A stretch of DNA of 63,783 nt, counting the filler, from Intoshia linei (Eukaryota; Animalia; Orthonectida): assembly GCA_001642005.1 (NCBI GenBank). It is 6 parts of 6 records of this genome, joined end to end, with 100 filler letters (N's around TTAATTAATTAA, not from the genome) between each part and the next. Parts side by side here need not be neighbours in the genome. Positions count along the whole stretch, not along the records: positions 1 to 11,291 come from LWCA01001186.1; 5 more parts are not named here. The stretch is one strand, 5' to 3'. Of the stretch, positions 1 to 11,391 are shown one piece after another. The position numbers and the translations under genes were made by a program. Positions within the stretch are counted from its first letter, which is position 1. Every line of letters begins with the position of its first letter. The notes below the pieces were generated by a model. That model saw only the letters and a program-made list of their open reading frames with translations, had not been told where the DNA came from and did not search any database.

Positions 1-523
1 TCCTCTTATTGTCAAAAATAATTTTATACTGTTCGATTCCATGTTGATGTTAGTCTCATTATGGTATATAACCAGAATTCGAGAAATCAAATCGTTAATA
101 AAATCCTACAAAATTGAGCTAGAAACAAATTTAAAAAAATAAACTGTATAACTAAACATAGAGAACAGTATTATAAAGGCGGTACCACGTTTAAAAGCTC
201 AAACGCCAATTTCCGTTAAAATAAAGTTCAGTTTTAATTTCTTCATAATATTTATACAGTGATATTGATAGTTTTTCTATTTTAAAAATACACACTTTTA
301 GTGCTAATTGCCTATCGAATTGTAAAATTTTCCAAAAAATGTGACACCCTAGTATACATAGTTTGCGGGAAAATATTTAGAAGAAATAATAAAAATGGAG
401 CCTAATTTCTAGTACGGTTCTTTAACTTAAAAAATTATATGATACTGTTGCTATGAATCAGAATTGGGCCCTCTGGTAGGTACATTGTACAATATTATCT
501 TAACACATTGTCATAATATTAAC

Positions 524-2966
524 CTGAACTAAAATTCGTTTGCATAAATTGGCTTTGAGTAACGATTTTGCTATCCATCTCGCTGCATAGGCTCCAGACC
601 TGTCAACCTAAATATTTATGATTAAAATATATTTTAATACATATTTAAAGGTATGCACTTTAATAAAATTTAATTGTCGCTTATTAATCGAACCATTTAA
701 ACCGTTTATCAACCCCAATCATTAGTAGAATTGCCATACGTAATTTCAAATGATCATTACAGATTAAAGGTATTGCAACTTGAAAATTGTTTATATGGTA
801 TATCAGTTAAAAAAAATTTCTTTCAAAATTCACAATTCGTTATTTAATTATTTTTTTAAAATTGAACAAGTAAAATTTTCAATTACATTTTTGTCGTCTA
901 CAATACAACAACAAAAAAGCTAGCTACCCATTTGAAAAAAATTCAAACCATTCATAAATGTTCTAAATATTTTATTTTTTTTTATTTTGATAATAAATAC
1001 TTCAACAAAAACATAACATATATGAGAAAAAATGATTAGATTGATTATAATCAAATGTACCTTTGTGTAATCTTTTCCACTGAACGCACCACCGCCATGA
1101 GCACCCCAGCCACCATAAGTATCAACAATAATTTTTCTCCCAGTTAAACCAGCGTCACTCTACATGTAAATGTTATGTAATGTAAAAATAAACTTTAAAC
1201 CATAGGCCCTCCAACTACAAACCTTCCACTGGGTTGCAAATGATACACAGTATCTTCTCGTAGATATTTTGGATCAATAACTGATTTGATGACCTTGTCC
1301 ATCAGTTCAGTTCTTATTGTTTCGTTTGAAACGCATTCTGAATGTTGTACAGACATTACAATGGTATGTGCAAATAAGGGAATAGCGGCCCCGTCAATAA
1401 TTTTATATTTAAGTGTTACCTAAAATCAATTTTTATTAAAATAATAATCACTCACTAATAATTACTTGAGCTTTAGAATCTGGTCGAGCCCATTTCAAAA
1501 TTCCTGATTTTCTCAAAGAATGAAATTTCTGGTTTAAACGATGAGAGAGCATTAAAGTTAAAGGCATTCCTTCTTCGGTTTCATTAGTTGCATATCTAGC
1601 AAAATATGTTAATATAGTTTCAATTTTTAATTGTTAATACTTATAATTATACCCAAACATGATGCCTTGATCACCTGCTGCGACTTCACTTCTCAATTTA
1701 TTTTTATGTACCGCACACGCTATTTCTGTGTTTTGATCAATTAAACAATTGTGTACACTTACTGCTTTATAATTAAAACCTAAATTTACAGTTGTATATT
1801 GTCAAAATATTGTCAAAAAATTCTACAATGTATATTTTAACCGTTTCAAGTTTCACTATTTGAAAATAATCAACTCCTCAGTGATGTAAATAAATGATGT
1901 GTGTGTATAATAAATGTGTGTAATAATGTATATAATATAATAATGTAAGGTGTGTGTAAATGTGTAAAATAATAAATAAGTGATGTAAATATAAAAATAA
2001 TTTTAAATCAAATATTAAAACAAAAATACACTTTATAACACTATAGGGGATGTACGACTAAATGAAATTAATAAAAATCTCATGTTTTATCAAGTTTTTA
2101 TAATTCAATTCAAAAATTGGTTTTTTATTTGAATTTAGTTAAACCTGATTCTATTTTAGTAAAAATTAAGTCAAAATGTAATAAATACAAATAATTATTT
2201 AACTGCTTATAAGGATCATAAATATGCATTTTTCTGTTAGATCTGGTTAACATTGATTTTCTTCATTGCAAAGTGTTAGTAAACGGTTTACGCAACTTTA
2301 AACGGGCAAGCGATACAACATGCATAAAATATACCAAATTCGGAATTGTCGTATCCAATTTTTTTTATTGTATTTTTAACAATTTTATTTACATTGATTG
2401 ATGCAGAAGAATTCACTTCTCCGATAAGTATGACCAACCCATTTGACACGGCACATTCTAGTCTTGGTTAGATATAAAATACAAAAATATATACCACATG
2501 CGACTTTAGCTTCAGGGTCTTTTGAAAGGTGGGCATCTAATATGGCATCCGATATTTGATCGCAAATTTTGTCTAATATAAATTTTATAATAATGATGCT
2601 CCAGAAAAAAGTAACAAGATTAAAAAACATTTAATAGCAATCAATAATGTAAATAAAAAGGGTTTTTGTATAATTTTTTTAAGTTAAAATGACGTCGAAA
2701 TCTTTTAAAGTTAAAATCTTCCCAAACGTTAAAAAAATTTAAATGATTAAAATTAAAATGAGTAGCATATATAAAGAGTTTTAAACTCTTATGTTTAAAA
2801 GTAAAACCAAGTCATTTTAATTAAGTTGAACAGAGTGGAAGCTCACGTGTTAGTAGTTCAATCGTTCAGATATGGTCGTAAATGTAATTTATAATAGTGT
2901 TAGAAATAAATAACCTGGATGACCTTCACCGACAGATTCAGATGTAAAAAGAAATTCTCGAGACAT
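524..2966 (-). CDS. MAT: S-adenosylmethionine synthetase (methionine adenosyltransferase); C-terminal exon(s) not found in window
   Basis: Spliced exons 2966-2915, 2572-2495, 2457-2335, 1779-1653, 1595-1466, 1419-1201, 1159-1061, 607-524, all GT-AG and phase-consistent. Motifs [96 protein letters not shown]. Confidence 0.96.
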
Positions 2967-4347
2967 TTTAAATAAATAAGAAATGGGATTTCAAAATAAA
3001 TTAAGGTATTGGTTAGATTGATAAGCAAGTGTTATTCGTTTATCTTTAAAAAAGTATAATGATATTAAATTTGTCAAACAATATTTGTTTAGTGTATATA
3101 AATGTTATCACGTATTATATCGGATTAAAATAAATATTTGGGTTCTTTCTCTATCTATTTAGCAGCTGTTTAACGTTACCATGCTATGTACGCGTGAAAC
3201 TACGCTTTATGGCTTAGTCAAATCAAAATCATTTAGTCATACACTGGTGATTATTAAAATTTAAATCTTAACTTAAGACGAACTGTAGAAAAATTGCGTT
3301 TCAAAACAAATGTCTATTTACCATTTAATTTATAAATTGCAGTGTTTGGATATTTTCGAGCTTTATCAGTGATCAAAAAATATTGAATTTTTATATATTT
3401 GACACGATACGATTAAGGCAGATAGCACAATGTTCTACGACATGACAGTATCATATATAAATCAAGTTGCATTAGATTTTTTTAGTTGCTACTGCACTAA
3501 AATCTAGGAACTGTTTTGACCCATACTAAACGGATATTTAAAAATGAAAATTTTTTTCTTTCATCTAACCGTAGTCTGAAATATTCATTTTGTTATTATT
3601 TAAAAATGTACTACGTTTTATTTGACTACATATATCCAATGCGTGAATTTATAAAACCGAGTTAATTTTTTATCAATTTAAAGAACAAATGGTTAATTTA
3701 CAAATTCTAACAAATGAGATAGTGCCGAATCGGTACTGCCTAACCCACCGATCTTTTCAGGGTCTACGACGAAATTTTTTAAATTGGTACGTTACTATTC
3801 CAAATTGAGTAAAATAATCTTTTGATTATCTTAACTATTTGCGTTCACATAAAGTGTCATGTGAACGCAATTGGGCTATGACAATAAACATCGTTTGGTT
3901 TTTCATCTTGGTGAGATTTCGATGTTTGGGTATATACACATGGCACAATAAACACTACACGGATAATTCCGCCAAATGTAGTTAATTACTCCAACTAGGG
4001 CCTCAAAAATTGACAATTATATAGAAAGTTATTAAATTAAAATAGTACATTCCAGTTTGTGCGCTTTTCATTATTTTAACTTAAATTTCAAAAAATAAAA
4101 GCCATACTATTTTTTAACTATTATTCAAAGTGTAAATAATAAAATACAATAGTCTTCGTTTTCTATGAGCTATAGAATTGTACTAAAACAGTGAGCCCTA
4201 TTTTAGTCCATACATAAAATAATATTTATGTAATTGATAAATCTGTCTTTTTAACGACAACACAATTCCCATAAAAACCCATCAATTCAAAGTTCCCAAG
4301 ACAAGAGTTAAATATCAATACATATTTTATTTTTAACATTTATTTAT

Positions 4348-6665
4348 CTACACTGGGAAAAGCCTAGCGGATAAAAATTCGCTATGTTTTGAATAAGGGC
4401 TCATTTGTTTATTGCAAACATTCCATAAATCTCGAGTTAGATATTTTTGGACATTCAATAAAGCCACATATGTTGCTTTTGCTAAAATATAAAATTATTT
4501 TAAATATTAATTAAGAAATTGTAGCTAAAATATTAAAAACACTCAAATTACAAAAGAATTATCAATAACTTATCACGTGATGAGACAAATTATCCTTTAC
4601 TAATATTAAATTGAATGTCTGAAGCGTATGTTTAAAAAATTGACATTCGTATAATTTAAATAAACTCAATTTTGCAATACAGTTTTCCCAAAACGTGTTT
4701 ATATTTATTTTTCAATTGTAGATTTTGAGTCCTTCATTGTCAAAAATACAATTTCAGTTACGTTTAAGAATAAAATCAGAAAAAAAAATACAATAAAACA
4801 AATTTTGTGTCGCGTTGAAAATATTAACACATGAATAAATATTTTTCAAAAATATAAAGGGAATTTTTATAAATTGTTGTCTTCCGTTATTTTAATTGGT
4901 ACACAATTTTTTATTTTTAACCCTTTGACCTACATAATCAAAGTGTGTTATTATAAACAAAAAAATAATTTATACGGTTACATAATATATATATTGACGC
5001 AAAAATGCGTCGAAATCATTCAAAGAGTTAACCCATTTTCAAAAATTAGAGCTAGGATATTTGTACGACGTACATAACAGTCAAGCTAGTTTTTCTAATA
5101 TAAATGAAATATACATTTGAAATTTATCCAAAAATATTCATATTAATTAATTAATATCAATATTATTAGCATCGAAATTGAATGTAATACAGCGACATGT
5201 ATATTTTACATTGTGTAATTCTTAGAATCTGACCTATAAATTGATGTATAAAACGACTTATTTGGATTCTCAGCGCTACAAGTATAAACTAAAATATAAC
5301 ATTGTAAATTAAAATTATAGATCAAATTCAAAAATCTAACAGAAATCAGAAATGATATCATATCATTAAAGGTTTAATTTCTCCCAATGCTTATAATAAG
5401 TTAAGTAATTGCGTGACAGTGGACAAAATATTACCGAAATTTGCCAAAGTAGCCGTTTGTCCACGTGCATTGGTATAACAATCCTCTATTCCAGCCATAG
5501 TCAGCAGTCTTTTTGGTATAGGAGCACTAACTATTCCAGTTCCTCTGGGAGCTGGGATTAGACGAACAGAAACGCTTCCACATTTTCCAGTAGTCTAAAT
5601 TAATTTAAATACAACCACAAAAAATTGTCGTTTTTGATAAATATTTATAGCACTGATAATTCAAAAATTTAAGTTTCAATCTCAGAAATTAACAATTTTG
5701 CTTATTTTTATTTTCATAAGTCTACTAAATGATTGTGGAAATTTATATTGTTTTTAAAAGGGTCCGCAAGCAATTTTCTATTAAAAACAGACCGCGGTCA
5801 TCGCAAAGAAGTTGGGTACCCAGCACATCATAATTTGTAAATATAAAATAAGTAAATCTGATATCAGATTTTATAATTCAAAGAATAAAAATAAAATTCA
5901 CGTAATCACCACTCTTCAGGGATTTAATATCATGATATTGTCCCATTGTCCATATGGCCTTTCGCGGCCTCACTATACGTTAAACTACCGCCGTATCAAA
6001 ATGAACATACCTTGCATGGAACAGTATGAGGACTTCCAAGTATGTTACCCCAAAATCCTTTTCTGATTGGTATAATTGATAATTTAGCCTGAATAATCGC
6101 TCCACGAATAGCGGTAGCAACTTCCTTGCTGCACTTAATTCCCAATCCCATATGGCCACTATAATCACCGACAACGACAATAGCCTAAAATCAAATAAAA
6201 TACACGACAAAAAAATTTTAATTATAATTTTTACCTTAAAGCGAGTTCGTTGACCGGCCCTAGTTTGTTTCTGAACTGGTTTAACTTTTAAAACTTCATC
6301 TTTCAATTTCCCACCCAAAATTTTATCAATAATTTCAAATTCCTAAAATGTAAATTAGACCAACATTCAATCATTTTTTGATATGTAGTCTAGATTGTAG
6401 ACATTAATACCTTGATTGGATAAGAAAAATCATAAATTTCTTCCAAGGATTGAATATACCCAGATTTAACCAATCTACCCAATTTTGTGACAGGAATCCA
6501 TTGAGTTTCACCTCTGGTTCTATTTGGTCTCGTATTTCTTTTTTTAAATGGTCTTGCGTTTTTATTAGCATCAGTGTTGGTATTGGTGTTAGCGTTAGCA
6601 TCGCGATTACCAAACCCAGCTCCAAATGGTCGTGCATCTGTTGTAACTGTGTTTTGATTTTCCAT
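4348..6665 (-). CDS. RPS2: 40S ribosomal protein S2 (uS5)
   Basis: Exons 6665-6411, 6342-6235, 6184-6011, 5594-5435, 4481-4348. Motifs [77 protein letters not shown]. Confidence 0.97.
5760..5997 (-). ncRNA. Candidate structured intronic RNA (snoRNA-like or cis-regulatory) in RPS2 intron 3
   Basis: Two GC-rich islands in an AT-rich intron, with local hairpins (GGCC-GCGAAA-GGCC; GGTCTGT/GCGGACC) and possible long-range pairing AGGCCGCG/CGCGGTCT. No family recognised. Confidence 0.35.
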
Positions 6666-7228
6666 TTTAGCGTGTAAGAACGATAATTAAATACGTGTTT
6701 CTAATCAATAATAAATTTTAGTTTTAACTAAATTTGTAAATAAAATTCAATTTATGTTTTGTGGATTGCAATAATTGTAGGTTTTCAGGTAGAATTTAGT
6801 TGCGTGATGTAAATTGACATTTTACTAAAATTTTCAAATTTCTTCCGTATCGAATGCCAACACTATTATTATTTCGCAATAAATTATACCATTAAACCGT
6901 TCAGTAGTTTCAGTGATAAATTATCAATGATAATGCTCTGGTTTAAAAATAAAAAAATATATGGGTACTACAAAAGAAATATTTTTTTACAATGACAGGT
7001 AATAAAAACATAAACTACTTTTTCAAAGTCTTAGACTAAGTACTACGACTTAGTACTCTATTGTATGTTTGAAATTATCTTAATTTTGTCATAGTAATTA
7101 TGAAATTTTAACAAATGAACAACATTGAATTTTTTAACTTTTTCACAATAATTTAAAAATTAATTCATAAACATTTAAATATTAATATAAAGTTTATTAA
7201 ATCAATATATTTTAAAAATTGAAATTAA

Positions 7229-9355
7229 ATGGATTACCAAACAGACGACGAAGAAGACGTTAAAAAAATTTATAATTTAATAAACGAAGAAAAGTACAGT
7301 GAATATTGTCGAAACGAAGACGAAGAGAATTTTCGAAACTTGAGTCTAGCTTTATTTAAAAACAGAGAATACCAAAACGACATTGAAAATGAAATTGATT
7401 TAATTGATTTATATCTCTCAAAATACGAAAATGTAATTGAAGACAAAGACGGAGTTACAAGTCAAGATGACGTGGTTTTAGATGTTCAGTCTTACAGGTC
7501 ATTTTTTTCTGGTTTGAGGTATTTAAAACCAGTAAGTAATTTGGAAAGAATGTTGAACGAAACTGGAATTGATTTGAAAATGTATCGATACCAAAAGGGT
7601 ATAGAAAAATTGAACGACGAAGAAGAAAAAGGGTTGTGTAATATAGTGGCCACATTAAAACGGCAGATTGTAGCTAAAGATGACTTTGAAAAATTCAGTG
7701 AAATGATGACAAGTGGCAAAGATGTTGACAAAATTATAAATAAATTAAACAACATTTGTATTGACAATGTATCTCTTTCAACTGATAATTGGGACCATAT
7801 TAAAAAAATATTTGAAAGGCAATACCGTGTTTTAAATTTAAATATAAAAAATTATTGGAAAACGTATCTATTTCCTAATGTAACAAAAAAGTTGTGGACT
7901 GACGCCGAAGTTGAAACGTTACAAAAATTGGTTGTCGCGTGTAAGTCAGATTGGAGTACTATTTCTAATCATTTTTTGAATAAGCGAAGTGAATTTGATT
8001 GTTTTATTACGTACATAAGAAAAGTTAAACAAATGTATGCGCATTGGAGCTTTGATGAAAAAATTTCTCTTTTAAATGTTATTGATGTTTGCACGGAAAA
8101 TGACATTATTAATTGGGATAAAGTTATGTATGTTATTCGAGGAAAAAATAGAACGGAATGTCAGCGTCAGTATTTGAATTTACTGCATAAAAAAGAATTA
8201 ATATTTTGGACACATCAGCATGATTATAAACTGTTGTCATTTATCAAATGTTTTGGTATTTTAAATTTTGATATGATTAAAGGTCATTTTCCTTACTTGA
8301 CGCATGAATTCTTATACCGGCGATATACTCAATTACAATCAATGCATATTAAATTTAATTATTGGACTTATCAACAGGATCGAACAATCTGGTTATACTT
8401 GAATTCGTCTACAAACATTGAAAAAAGCCTTGAAGCCGTTGTGGGTAGCGTGATTTTTAAGTACAAACCAGCACACGTTTTATTGAAAAGATACCATTAT
8501 CTTAAAAGTTGTCAGTCTAACTCAATATGTCTTAGTCAATCTGATTTAATTGGAAGAATGAAAATTTTATATGGTAAAATAAAAACCATTTTATCCAGAC
8601 GAATATACTTGATGGAAATACGAGAAACTTATTTTTGTAATAAAAAGGTTAAACATGCTATAACCAAAATTTTGTCGAGACGGGACATTCTTTTTACTGA
8701 TATGGATAGTATGGTTGTTCAAATTTTGGAAAAAGTACTGAATAATGTTTCAGATGAAATTACGTGTTTACATCAAATTTTATACCCGACGTCTGATGAT
8801 GTATTCGAGATGAGTCAAGAAATTACATTACGTATGGCAGATATTCTAAATAATATCATTATTCCCTTACCTTTAAATTATGATTTAGAAATTTTCAACA
8901 TTAATAAAATGCGTCTTTTTGAATTTTACTTTCTCAAACATTGTAAACAATTGGATTTAAATAATCAAAAACTCTTTCCAGTGTATATGCACAATATGCC
9001 ACTTGGTAAAATCATTTTGTTACGATTCGTTTCTACTGGGTTTGTCTATTCTAAATTTTATTCCATTATTCTTAAAAATATTGTTAAACTTATCAGCGAT
9101 CCCAATTATTTCAATTTGCCTACGTGTGATAAACTTGATGGTTTTATCGCTATTATTAAAAACATTTACGAAACTGATGCAACTTATTATTGTAATATGA
9201 AACTTAAACAAAATATGATTAATGATTTGAATTATTTTGATAAAACTGATGTGAAAACTAAAGGTATATTTTTACTATTTCTTATTTTGTCCACATTTTT
9301 GGGTGTAGGAGCGATTTTAAAAAATGATAAAATTTGTGAAAAATTAAATTATTAA
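7229..9355 (+). CDS. SNAPC4: snRNA-activating protein complex subunit 4-like (SNAP190), tandem Myb repeats, single exon, 708 aa
   Basis: Uninterrupted ORF with periodic Trp Myb repeats (WKTYLFPNVTKKLWTDAEVETLQKLV...DWSTIS...RSEFDCF; WSFDEK...INWDKVMYVIRGKNRTECQRQY; WTHQHDYKLL) resembling the SNAP190 repeat array. Head-to-head with RPS2. Confidence 0.72.
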   Translation: MDYQTDDEEDVKKIYNLINEEKYSEYCRNEDEENFRNLSLALFKNREYQNDIENEIDLIDLYLSKYENVIEDKDGVTSQDDVVLDVQSYRSFFSGLRYLKPVSNLERMLNETGIDLKMYRYQKGIEKLNDEEEKGLCNIVATLKRQIVAKDDFEKFSEMMTSGKDVDKIINKLNNICIDNVSLSTDNWDHIKKIFERQYRVLNLNIKNYWKTYLFPNVTKKLWTDAEVETLQKLVVACKSDWSTISNHFLNKRSEFDCFITYIRKVKQMYAHWSFDEKISLLNVIDVCTENDIINWDKVMYVIRGKNRTECQRQYLNLLHKKELIFWTHQHDYKLLSFIKCFGILNFDMIKGHFPYLTHEFLYRRYTQLQSMHIKFNYWTYQQDRTIWLYLNSSTNIEKSLEAVVGSVIFKYKPAHVLLKRYHYLKSCQSNSICLSQSDLIGRMKILYGKIKTILSRRIYLMEIRETYFCNKKVKHAITKILSRRDILFTDMDSMVVQILEKVLNNVSDEITCLHQILYPTSDDVFEMSQEITLRMADILNNIIIPLPLNYDLEIFNINKMRLFEFYFLKHCKQLDLNNQKLFPVYMHNMPLGKIILLRFVSTGFVYSKFYSIILKNIVKLISDPNYFNLPTCDKLDGFIAIIKNIYETDATYYCNMKLKQNMINDLNYFDKTDVKTKGIFLLFLILSTFLGVGAILKNDKICEKLNY

Positions 9356-10573
9356 AATGTCTGCAAATGGAATTTGTTATAGTGGAAAATTGATTTTAAT
9401 TTTGTAATTTTTGTGTTATGCTTAAGTTGATCTAAATTTGTCAGAATTTTAGTTTTATGAAAGTCTAGGATTGATTGTATTTTAAAAAAAAAAAGGTAGC
9501 TTGATAGTGAGATGTACGATTATATTAATGATTTTAAAACGCGTCCCATAATGTTTTTTAATTCTAGGAATATTAGTTTTTTGATTAAACGGTAACTCAC
9601 ACACAGATATTTCATTTATTATGATTAAAAGATTTTTTAATAAGGTTCACGAAAATTTTTTGTTTGGAATTGGGTCAGTATATTTTAAAACAATGATTTT
9701 TATTGATACTGTTGCATATATTTTAGTCGAGATAAGAGGTCGATCGGCTACATTTTCATATTACCGTGAAGATTTTAAATTTTTTTGTGCGATTTAAACT
9801 TTATAAGAGTGTCTATTTTTAAAGAAAACGATATTTATATCAATAAAAATTACTTTTGATATCAATACATGATAAATATTTCTCAGATTTAATAAAAGTG
9901 CATTTTTCTGTAAATTATTGGTTTACATTTACTTAAATGGATTTTTTATTGATGAGCTCATCTCTAGCAAATAAAATGTAAATATTTCAATTTAAGTCAC
10001 CTACAGGAAATAATATCCAAGTCTCATACTCATAGATAGACTTAAAATACGGGTATGATAGCGTGCATTATGGTTATTTGCACTGTTTTACATATAAGTA
10101 AATACTAAAACGTATATTTACAATTAAAAACCGTTACGGCGTTACGCACAAAAAATATGATAAAATTTTAACATCTACTTTTTTAATGATTCTTGTGAAT
10201 GTTTAATTAATTGAGATTTTGTAATAGATTGAATAGTGAGACAAGAACGTAGTTAACACATATTTCCGAAATTTAAAAAAATGTTTTCTTAATATTAGAC
10301 TATAAATTCGGTTTAAAATACGCATAAAATGTTACGGCGTTACGAATCAAACTTATTATTTACTATTATTATTTATAATTAAAAAAGTCCGCCCTCAGCA
10401 GATATAGGTACTGATAGCCAAAGTACATAACTGTCAACCTAATAATAAATAAATGTATTTGATTTAAGTGCCAATGACATGAAAAAATACTAACAAACTG
10501 TAAATTAATTATACATTCTAATAAGGTTAGGGGGAATTAATCTGCTAGTTACGGTAATACTATTGTATTAATA

Positions 10574-11291
10574 CTAAGTTGACTGTTATGTACTACGTAA
10601 AAACAGCACCTAGCTCTGCCGAGGGCACATTTTTATTTTAACAAAAAAATAAATTCAATTTTTTTCAATTCAATTAGAAATTGTAAGATCAATATTTACA
10701 TCTTTAATTTTTATTTTAATCGAAATATTTGAAAAATATTGGTTGATAATATATTAAAAATTATTTTTCACCGAGAATGCTTAGATTTCTGGGGTTGAAA
10801 TTTTGTATTTATATCAACTGGAATAAGCTCTATCAGAATAATCTTCTTTTTTTTTAATTTTCGGACGGTTAATTATTTCACATTATTTTTTAATAAAATA
10901 TATGAAAACTAAAATGCTTTTTTGACCGTGAAGTCGTATCTTATTCGGATCGAAATTTTTTGTGTGTTTTAACAGGAAAAAACTGTACCACCTGTAATTT
11001 TTTTTAAATTATAGGGCTGTTTTCATAAGAAAAGGTAATTTGGGGTTTTGGCCCTGAAGATATAATTTTTTTAAATTTAAATTTATGATAATGTTTATGA
11101 TTTTAAAATCCGTATTAGCGTATATACTTTTTTAAATTCTTTAACTCGTTTGATTTTCAAAAAAAGGACAATTGGGGTTTTGAACCGTAAGATGTGAGTT
11201 TGGGAGATTGAAATTTATTTTGCGAACACTCCCGGACAAAACTATAATTGAAATGTGGACTTTATAAAATTCTAAGACTGGTAGTTATTGA
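10574..11291 (-). mobile_element. Non-autonomous Helitron copy (internally deleted, runs into gap)
   Basis: Reverse complement of segments of 41369-42747, including the 3' terminus motif gtacataacagtcaac-ttag. Confidence 0.8.
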
Positions 11292-11391
11292 NNNNNNNNN
11301 NNNNNNNNNNNNNNNNNNNNNNNNNNNNNNNNNNNTTAATTAATTAANNNNNNNNNNNNNNNNNNNNNNNNNNNNNNNNNNNNNNNNNNNN
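11292..11391. other. Scaffold gap with TTAATTAATTAA linker (also 33262-33361, 55847-55946, 60547-60646, 62224-62323)
   Basis: N runs flanking an identical 12-mer; assembly artefact. Confidence 0.97.

Noticed and set aside
2863-2880. TACGACCATATCTGAACG resembles the 5' end of 5S rRNA
   Set aside because: Similarity stops after about 12-18 nt and there are no internal A/C boxes.
3839-3870. Perfect 12-bp hairpin TTGCGTTCACAT/ATGTGAACGCAA
   Set aside because: Lies inside a dispersed repeat also seen near 19430 and 43930; no sign of independent function.
5895-5920. CTGAAGA..GAA hammerhead-like core and AATGGGAC HDV-like end in the RPS2 intron
   Set aside because: No GAAA directly after stem II, and the HDV P2 partner is on the wrong side.
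11336-11347. Recurrent TTAATTAATTAA between N runs
   Set aside because: Artificial scaffolding linker.
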